Virus record (IMG/VR): IMGVR_UViG_2744054978_000004
From: a virus
Lineage: Duplodnaviria > Heunggongvirae > Uroviricota > Caudoviricetes
DNA: 8,593 nt
Direction: 5' to 3' (one strand)
Position 1 is the stretch's first letter, and each line of letters starts with the position of its first letter. Of this stretch, positions 1 to 8,593 are shown piece after piece. A program made the position numbers and the translations under genes. The notes beneath the pieces were generated by a model. That model saw nothing but the letters and a program-made list of their open reading frames with translations. It did not search any database and was not told the DNA's origin.

Positions 1-2082
1 GCCGGAGTCACTGCCGGGCAACTGTGGACGCTCAGTCGTGCTATTTCCGGGAATGGTATCACGCAACATGCTGCAGCCGGTGCGCTGGCTCAGGTGGTGG
101 GGAGTGGCGCATTTCGTGGAAACGATATCGGTATGGTGGCGAGAGCTGCCGCACAGATGGAGCGATCGGTTGGCCAGTCGGTCAGCGATACCATAAGTCA
201 GTTTAAGCGGCTGAAGGATGATCCTGTAAATGCCGCGAAGGCTCTGGACAATGAGCTGCATTTTCTTACTGCCACTCAGCTTGAGCAGATACGTGTCCTT
301 GGGGATCAGGGGCGGTCCAGTGATGCTGCACGGATAGCCATGTCTGCACTGGCAGAGGAAACCGGTCGGCGTACTGCGGATATTGATAATAACCTCAATG
401 CGCTTGGCAGTACGCTGAAGTATCTGTCTGATTTGTGGAGTCGTTTCTGGGATGCGGCCATGAATATTGGTCGTGAAGACTCGCTGGATGAACAGATTGC
501 CGCTTTACAGGAGAAAGTGTCGCGGGCGAAAAGACTCCCCTGGACGGCATCATCTTCTCAGGTTGAATACGATCAGCAGCGTCTTAACGATCTTCAGGAG
601 AAAAAACGCCAGAAGGATTTGCAGGATGCAAAAGAGCAGGCAGAGCGGAATTATCAGGAGCAACAGAAACGACGTAATGCTGAAAATGCTGCACTGAACC
701 GGATGAATGAATCGGAAGCAGCACGACATCAGCGTGAAATTGCGCGTATTAATGCCATGCAGTACGCCGATCAGGCTGTCAGGGATGCAGCGATACAACG
801 TGAAAATGAACGTTACGAGAAAGCCCTGGCATCCGGTAAGAAAAAAACACGCGAAACCCGTAATGATGAGGCCACCCGGTTATTGCTGCAGTACAGTCAG
901 CAACAGGCACAGGTGGAAGGACAGATTGCTGCTGCAAGACAGTCAGCAGGCATTGCCACTGAAAAGATGACAGAAGCGCATAAACAGCTTCTGGCTCTGC
1001 AGCAGCGCATCAGCGATCTGGACGGGAAAAAACTGACGGCAGATGAAAAGAGTGTGCTGGCCCGTAAAGATGAACTGATTCAGGCACTGATGCTGCTGGA
1101 TGTAAAACAGCAGGAGCTTCAGAAACAGACGGCACTCAACGATCTGAAGAAAAAAACAATTCAGCTGACCAGTCAACTGGCTGAAGAAGAGCGCGCTCAG
1201 CGCCAGCAACATGACCTGGATATCGCCACGGTGGGTATGGGTGATCAGCAGCGGCAGCGATATCAGGTACAACTGAGTCTTCGCCAGAAATACCAGCAAC
1301 AGCTGGAGCAGTTGAGGCGGGATAGTGAGCAGAAAGGGACATATAACACGGATGACTACAGAAAGGCCGAGCAGGCGCTGACGGAGAGCCTGAACCGACA
1401 ACTGAATGAGAATCGCCGTTACTGGCAACAGCTTGAAGTTGTGCAGGGTAACTGGAAAAACGGAGTCCTGCGTGCATTTCAGGATTTTACCGTGGATGCA
1501 GATAATACGGCAGGAACAGCAGAACAGGTGTTCTCGTCAGCCTTCAGCAACATGGGAAATGGCCTGGCAACTTTTGTCACTACCGGCAAACTCAACTTCA
1601 AATCCTTCACCTCTTCGGTGCTGTCAGATATGGCGAAAATCCTGGCGCAGGCAACCATGATGAAATCGATAAAAGGGATTGGCAGTGTACTGGGATTTGA
1701 TCTCAGCAGCCTTTCCCTGAATGCCAATGGGGGGATTTATCAGTCTGCTGATTTGAGTCGTTACAGTGGCACGGTGGTTAACCGTCCGACGTTTTTTGCT
1801 TTTGCAAAAGGCGCGGGTGTGATGGGGGAAGCTGGACCTGAAGCCATTCTGCCACTGCGTCGTGGTGCTGACGGTAAGCTGGGGGTTGTGGCGGATATTG
1901 GTGGTTCAGGTATGGCGATGTTTGCCCCGCAGTACAACATTGAGATCAATAACGATGGCACGAACGGGCAGATAGGTCCGGCTGCCCTGAAGGTGGTTTA
2001 TGACCTTGGGAAAAAAGCGGCAGCGGACTTTATGCGACAGCAGGCCCGTGATGGTGGTCGGTTAAGTGGAGCATATCGGTAA
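1..2082 (+). CDS. H: Tail tape measure protein (lambda gpH-like), 5'-truncated by the window edge
   Basis: Frame 1 is open from base 1 with no stop until TAA at 2080-2082, so the GTG at 94 in the ORF track is not the real start. Long Q/E/K/R-rich helical region (roughly 480-1450), then a Gly/Ala-rich hydrophobic C-terminal part and the motif INNDGTNGQIGPAALK, which I recall from the lambda gpH C-terminus. Lies directly upstream of M-L-K-I-J. Confidence 0.88.
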   Translation, partial: AGVTAGQLWTLSRAISGNGITQHAAAGALAQVVGSGAFRGNDIGMVARAAAQMERSVGQSVSDTISQFKRLKDDPVNAAKALDNELHFLTATQLEQIRVLGDQGRSSDAARIAMSALAEETGRRTADIDNNLNALGSTLKYLSDLWSRFWDAAMNIGREDSLDEQIAALQEKVSRAKRLPWTASSSQVEYDQQRLNDLQEKKRQKDLQDAKEQAERNYQEQQKRRNAENAALNRMNESEAARHQREIARINAMQYADQAVRDAAIQRENERYEKALASGKKKTRETRNDEATRLLLQYSQQQAQVEGQIAAARQSAGIATEKMTEAHKQLLALQQRISDLDGKKLTADEKSVLARKDELIQALMLLDVKQQELQKQTALNDLKKKTIQLTSQLAEEERAQRQQHDLDIATVGMGDQQRQRYQVQLSLRQKYQQQLEQLRRDSEQKGTYNTDDYRKAEQALTESLNRQLNENRRYWQQLEVVQGNWKNGVLRAFQDFTVDADNTAGTAEQVFSSAFSNMGNGLATFVTTGKLNFKSFTSSVLSDMAKILAQATMMKSIKGIGSVLGFDLSSLSLNANGGIYQSADLSRYSGTVVNRPTFFAFAKGAGVMGEAGPEAILPLRRGADGKLGVVADIGGSGMAMFAPQYNIEINNDGTNGQIGPAALKVVYDLGKKAAADFMRQQARDGGRLSGAYR

Positions 2083-2411
2083 TGGAGACGTTTCACTGGA
2101 AAGTGCGCCCGGATATGAATGTGGTATCAGAGCCGAAAGTGGTGACAGTGAAGCTGGGCGATGGTTATGAACAGCGTCGTGCGGCGGGACTGAATAACCA
2201 GTTGTCGACTTACAGCGTGACGATACGTGTTCGTAAATGTGAACACCCATCTTTAAAAGCCTTTCTGGAACGGCACGGTGGCGTCCGCGCATTTCAGTGG
2301 ACGCCACCTTATGACTGGAAACCGATTAGGGTGGTTTGTCGTAAATGGTCGGCAAGCGTGGGGGCGCTGTGGGTAACCATAACGGCAGATTTTGAACAGG
2401 TCGTGGCATAG
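2082..2411 (+). CDS. M: Minor tail protein M (lambda gpM-like), 109 aa
   Basis: ATG at 2082 overlaps the H stop (TAATG), indicating translational coupling; GGAG at 2066-2069. Same length as lambda gpM, with recognisable similarity (GDGY.QR, HGG, WTPPY.W, EFEQVV). Stop TAG at 2409-2411. Confidence 0.85.
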   Translation: METFHWKVRPDMNVVSEPKVVTVKLGDGYEQRRAAGLNNQLSTYSVTIRVRKCEHPSLKAFLERHGGVRAFQWTPPYDWKPIRVVCRKWSASVGALWVTITADFEQVVA

Positions 2412-2420
2412 GAGGCTCTG

Positions 2421-3119
2421 ATGCAGGATATTCCACAGGAAACACATCATGAGACGACACGCCTCACTCAGTCAGCCCAGGTGGTGCTCTGGGAAATCGA
2501 TCTGACAGAGGTCGGTGGTGAACGTTATTTTTTCTGTAATGAGCAGAACGAAAAAGGTGAGCCGGTTACCTGGCAGGGGCGGCAGTATCAGGCATACCCC
2601 ATTCAGGGGACAGGATTTGAACTGAACGGCAAGGGCAGTGCTGCCCGTCCGACACTGACGGTTTCTAACCTGCACGGCATGGTCACGGGGATGGCGGAAG
2701 ACCTGCAGAGTCTGGTCGGCGGAACGGTGGTCAGGCGTAAGGTTTACGCCCGTTTTCTGGATGCGGTGAACTTCGTCAACGGAAACAGCGACGCCGATCC
2801 GGAGCAGGAGGTGATCAGCCGCTGGCGCATCGAGCAGTGCAGCGAACTGAGTGCGGTCAGTGCCTCCTTTGTGTTGTCCACACCGACGGAAACGGATGGT
2901 GCTGTTTTTCCGGGGCGTATCATGCTGGCCAACACCTGCACCTGGACCTATCGCGGTGATGAGTGCGGTTATAGCGGTCCGGCTGTCGCGGATGAATATG
3001 ACCAGCCGACGTCCGATATCACGAAAGATAAATGCAGCAAATGCCTGAGTGGCTGTAAGTTTCGCAATAACGTCGGCAACTTTGGCGGCTTCCTTTCCAT
3101 TAACAAACTTTCGCAGTAA
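2421..3119 (+). CDS. L: Minor tail (tail tip) protein L (lambda gpL-like), 232 aa, with C-terminal Cys cluster
   Basis: GGAGG at 2411-2415, 5 nt before ATG 2421. Same length as lambda gpL. C-terminal cysteines C173, C182, C205, C208, C212 (nt 2937-3056) fit the Fe-S-binding tail tip protein family. Stop TAA at 3117-3119. Confidence 0.9.
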   Translation: MQDIPQETHHETTRLTQSAQVVLWEIDLTEVGGERYFFCNEQNEKGEPVTWQGRQYQAYPIQGTGFELNGKGSAARPTLTVSNLHGMVTGMAEDLQSLVGGTVVRRKVYARFLDAVNFVNGNSDADPEQEVISRWRIEQCSELSAVSASFVLSTPTETDGAVFPGRIMLANTCTWTYRGDECGYSGPAVADEYDQPTSDITKDKCSKCLSGCKFRNNVGNFGGFLSINKLSQ

Positions 3120-3123
3120 TCCC

Positions 3124-3867
3124 ATGACAGAGACAGAATCAGCGATTCTGGCGCACGCCCGGCGATGTGCGCCAGCGGAGTCGTGCGGCTTCGTGGTGAG
3201 AACGCCGGAGGGGGAAAGATATTTTCCCTGCGTGAATATCTCCGGTGAGCCGGAAGAGTATTTCCGGATGTCGCCGGAGGACTGGCTGCGGGCAGAGATG
3301 CAGGGTGAGATTGTGGCGCTGGTCCACAGCCACCCCGGTGGTCTGCCCTGGCTGAGTGAGGCTGACAGGCGGCTGCAGGTGCAGAGCGATTTGCCTTGGT
3401 GGCTGGTCTGCCGGGGTGAGATTCATAAATTCCGCTGTGTGCCGCATCTTACCGGGCGGCGCTTTGAGCACGGGGTGACGGACTGTTACACGCTGTTCCG
3501 GGATGCTTATCATCTGGCGGGGATTGAGATGCCGGACTTTCATCGTGAGGATGACTGGTGGTGTAACGGCCAGAATCTCTATCTGGATAATCTGGAGGCC
3601 ACAGGGCTGTATCAGGTGCCGTTGTCAGCGGCGCAGCCGGGCGATGTGCTGCTGTGCTGTTTTGGTTCATCGGTGCCGAATCATGCCGCTATTTACTGCG
3701 GCGACGGCGAGCTGCTGCACCATATTCCTGAACAACTGAGTAAACGAGAGAGGTATACCGACAAATGGCAGCGACGCACACACTCCCTCTGGCGTCACCG
3801 GGCATGGCACGCATCTGCCTTTACGGGGATTTACAACGATTTGGCCGCCGCATCGACCTTCGTGTAA
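3124..3867 (+). CDS. K: Tail tip assembly protein K (lambda gpK-like): JAB/MPN (JAMM) metalloprotease domain plus NlpC/P60 (C40) peptidase domain
   Basis: ATG at 3124 is 4 nt after the L stop (coupled arrangement, no obvious SD). JAMM motif H68-S-H70-x7-S78-x2-D81 (nt 3325-3366) with upstream Glu residues; NlpC/P60 catalytic Cys121 in VTDCYTLF (nt 3484-3486) and His187 in NHAAIY (nt 3682-3684). An alternative internal start ATG 3268 (MSPEDW...) would give the 199-aa product that I recall as the classical lambda annotation; 3' end is firm. Confidence 0.82.
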   Translation: MTETESAILAHARRCAPAESCGFVVRTPEGERYFPCVNISGEPEEYFRMSPEDWLRAEMQGEIVALVHSHPGGLPWLSEADRRLQVQSDLPWWLVCRGEIHKFRCVPHLTGRRFEHGVTDCYTLFRDAYHLAGIEMPDFHREDDWWCNGQNLYLDNLEATGLYQVPLSAAQPGDVLLCCFGSSVPNHAAIYCGDGELLHHIPEQLSKRERYTDKWQRRTHSLWRHRAWHASAFTGIYNDLAAASTFV

Positions 3868-4412
3868 AAACGGGGTCTGAAGCCATCCGGGCGCTGTCCA
3901 CACAGGTCCCGGCGTTTCGTCAGAAACTGAATGACGGCTGGTATCAGGTGCGCATTGCCGGGCGTGATGCAGGTGAAACCGAATTATCTGCCCGTCTTAA
4001 TGAGCCGCTGGCAAATGGTGCCGTGATCCATATCGTGCCGCGTCTGGCGGGAGCTAAAAGTGGCGGTGTATTTCAGGTGGTGCTGGGGGCGGCGTTGATT
4101 GCGGTGGCATGGTGGAACCCTGTGGGCTGGCTGGGTGCCGCGGCTGTATCGGGCATGTATGCGGCAGGGGCCAGTATGATCCTGGGCGGTGTGGCGCAGA
4201 TGCTGGCACCGAAAGCCAGGACGCCCACGGCAGCCAGTACAGATAACGGCAAACAGAACACCTATTTCTCCTCACTGGATAACATGGTTGCTCAGGGCAA
4301 TGTTTTGCCTGTTCTGTACGGTGAAATGCGTGTGGGGTCGCGGGTGGTTTCTCAGGAGATCAGCACGGCAGACGAAGGGGACGGTGGTCTGGTTGTGGTG
4401 ATTGGTCGCTGA
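3765..4412 (+). CDS. I: Tail tip assembly protein I (lambda gpI-like), 215 aa
   Basis: N-terminus MAATHTLPLASPGMARICLYGDLQRFGRRIDLRVKTG and C-terminus NGKQNTYFSSLDNMVAQGNVLPVLYGEMRVGSRVVSQEISTADEGDGG match what I recall of lambda gpI. Overlaps the 3' end of K by 103 nt in a different frame. Contains a Gly/Ala-rich hydrophobic central segment. GAGAGAGG at 3746-3753 is a possible SD. Stop TGA at 4410-4412. Confidence 0.85.
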   Translation: MAATHTLPLASPGMARICLYGDLQRFGRRIDLRVKTGSEAIRALSTQVPAFRQKLNDGWYQVRIAGRDAGETELSARLNEPLANGAVIHIVPRLAGAKSGGVFQVVLGAALIAVAWWNPVGWLGAAAVSGMYAAGASMILGGVAQMLAPKARTPTAASTDNGKQNTYFSSLDNMVAQGNVLPVLYGEMRVGSRVVSQEISTADEGDGGLVVVIGR

Positions 4413-4430
4413 TGAAAAATGTTTTATGTG

Positions 4431-4458
4431 AAACCGCCTGCGGGCGGTTTTGTCGTTT
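4431..4458 (+). terminator. I-J intergenic hairpin (8-bp stem AAACCGCC / GGCGGTTT, loop TGCG) followed by T-rich tract; possible partial terminator or attenuator
   Basis: Read directly: aaaccgcc-tgcg-ggcggttt at 4431-4450, then tgtcgttt. Sits 19 nt after the I stop and 15 nt before the J start codon. Confidence 0.4.
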
Positions 4459-4469
4459 ATGGAGCGTGA

Positions 4470-7871
<3,402 letters not shown>

Positions 7872-7889
7872 ATTTTATAACCCAGAACG

Positions 7890-7913
7890 GGCGTCAGAAA
7901 TGACGCCTTTTTT
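7890..7913 (+). terminator. Rho-independent terminator downstream of J
   Basis: GGCGTCA-gaaa-TGACGCC stem-loop (7890-7907) followed by TTTTTT (7908-7913), starting 19 nt after the J stop. Confidence 0.7.
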
Positions 7914-7937
7914 ATTGCAGAAAAGCGAGAGGTAATT

Positions 7938-8537
7938 ATGCGTAAACTTTATGCCGCCATTTTGTCCGCAGCCATTTGTCTGGCCGTATCCGGTGCGCCT
8001 GCATGGGCGTCTGAACATCAGTCCACGCTGAGCGCGGGGTATCTTCATGTCTCGACGAACGTTCCCGGCAGCGATGATCTGAACGGGATTAACGTGAAAT
8101 ACCGTTATGAGTTTACGGACACACTGGGGATGGTGACGTCTTTCAGCTATGCAGGAGACAAGAATCGCCAGCTTACCCGTTACAGCGATACCCGCTGGCA
8201 TGAAGATTCCGTGCGTAACCGCTGGTTCAGCGTGATGGCGGGGCCGTCTGTACGCGTGAATGAATGGTTCAGCGCGTATGCGATGGCGGGTGTGTCTTAC
8301 AGCCGTGTGTCGACTTTCTCCGGGGATTATCTCCGCGTAACTGACAACAAGGGGAAAACGCACGATGTGCTGACCGGAAGTGATGACGGTCGCCACAGCA
8401 ACACGTCTCTGGCGTGGGGAGCTGGCGTGCAGTTTAACCCGACCGAATCCGTGGCCATTGATATTGCTTATGAAGGCTCCGGCAGTGGCGACTGGCGCAC
8501 TGACGGTTTCATCGTGGGTGTCGGTTATAAGTTCTGA
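7938..8537 (+). CDS. lom: Lom-like outer membrane beta-barrel protein (Ail/Lom/PagC/OmpX family), 199 aa, with N-terminal signal peptide
   Basis: GAGAGG at 7927-7932 before ATG 7938. Predicted signal peptide [24 protein letters not shown], cleaved after AWA. Family motifs [23 protein letters not shown] and the C-terminal [26 protein letters not shown] ending in the outer-membrane-protein terminal aromatic residue. Positioned immediately after J, as lom is in lambda. Confidence 0.87.
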
Positions 8538-8563
8538 TTAGCCAGGTAACACAGTGTTATGAC

Positions 8564-8590
8564 AGCCCGCCGTTTCAGGCGGGCTTTTTT
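8564..8590 (+). terminator. Rho-independent terminator downstream of lom
   Basis: AGCCCGCC-gtttca-GGCGGGCT stem-loop (8564-8585) followed by TTTTTT (ending 8590), 27 nt after the lom stop. Confidence 0.75.
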
Positions 8591-8593
8591 GTG

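Noticed and set aside
24-206. 60-aa + strand ORF at the left edge, and the GTG start at 94 for the large ORF
   Set aside because: Frame 1 is open from base 1 through 2082, so the tape measure gene simply continues from upstream of the window; 24-206 is an overlapping alternate frame.
943-1428. 161-aa minus-strand ORF and several 60-110-aa out-of-frame ORFs within the tape measure gene (for example 467-697 +, 707-970 +, 1136-1477 -, 1406-1660 +)
   Set aside because: All lie inside the continuous tape measure reading frame; translations are basic or low-complexity, as expected for shifted frames of a Q/E/K-rich coding sequence.
3049-3123. ORF-track start of the K frame at ATG 3049
   Set aside because: This would overlap the last 71 nt of L. 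The ATG at 3124, 4 nt after the L stop, or the internal ATG at 3268 are more plausible starts.
2472-3125. 217-aa minus-strand ORF antisense to L
   Set aside because: Same codon-aligned antisense situation as above, entirely inside a well-supported sense CDS.
7872-7937. Possible promoter for lom in the J-lom spacer (TATAAC-like hexamer at about 7875-7880)
   Set aside because: No convincing -35 at proper spacing, and the hexamer lies upstream of the J terminator hairpin, so a transcript from it would meet the terminator. Cannot be supported from sequence alone.
7875-8396. 173-aa minus-strand ORF antisense to the lom-like gene
   Set aside because: Codon-aligned antisense of a CDS that has a clear signal peptide and family motifs on the + strand; the antisense product has no recognisable features.

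Overview
This window is a contiguous late-operon tail-tip module of a lambda-like (lambdoid) siphovirus or prophage, all on the + strand: the 3' ~80% of tail tape measure gene H (open to the left window edge), then M, L, K, I and J, followed by a lom-like outer-membrane protein moron bracketed by two intrinsic terminators. Gene order, sizes (M 109 aa, L 232 aa, J 1132 aa) and the L-K, K-I, I-J and J-lom spacings match the phage lambda layout as I recall it. The tape measure, M, Lom and the C-terminal part of J look divergent from lambda itself, consistent with a mosaic lambdoid phage. I see no tRNA, rRNA, CRISPR array, IS element, integrase or inserted cargo gene, and the gene order is uninterrupted. 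I therefore do not find evidence for a new multi-gene system here. The points most worth a second look are the two-domain JAB/MPN + NlpC/P60 protein K with an ambiguous start, its 103-nt out-of-frame overlap with I, the Cys cluster in L, the divergent C-terminal region of J, a hairpin plus T-tract between I and J, and the lom moron. Protein identifications rest on remembered family sequences and motifs read from the ORF translations; no database search was run.
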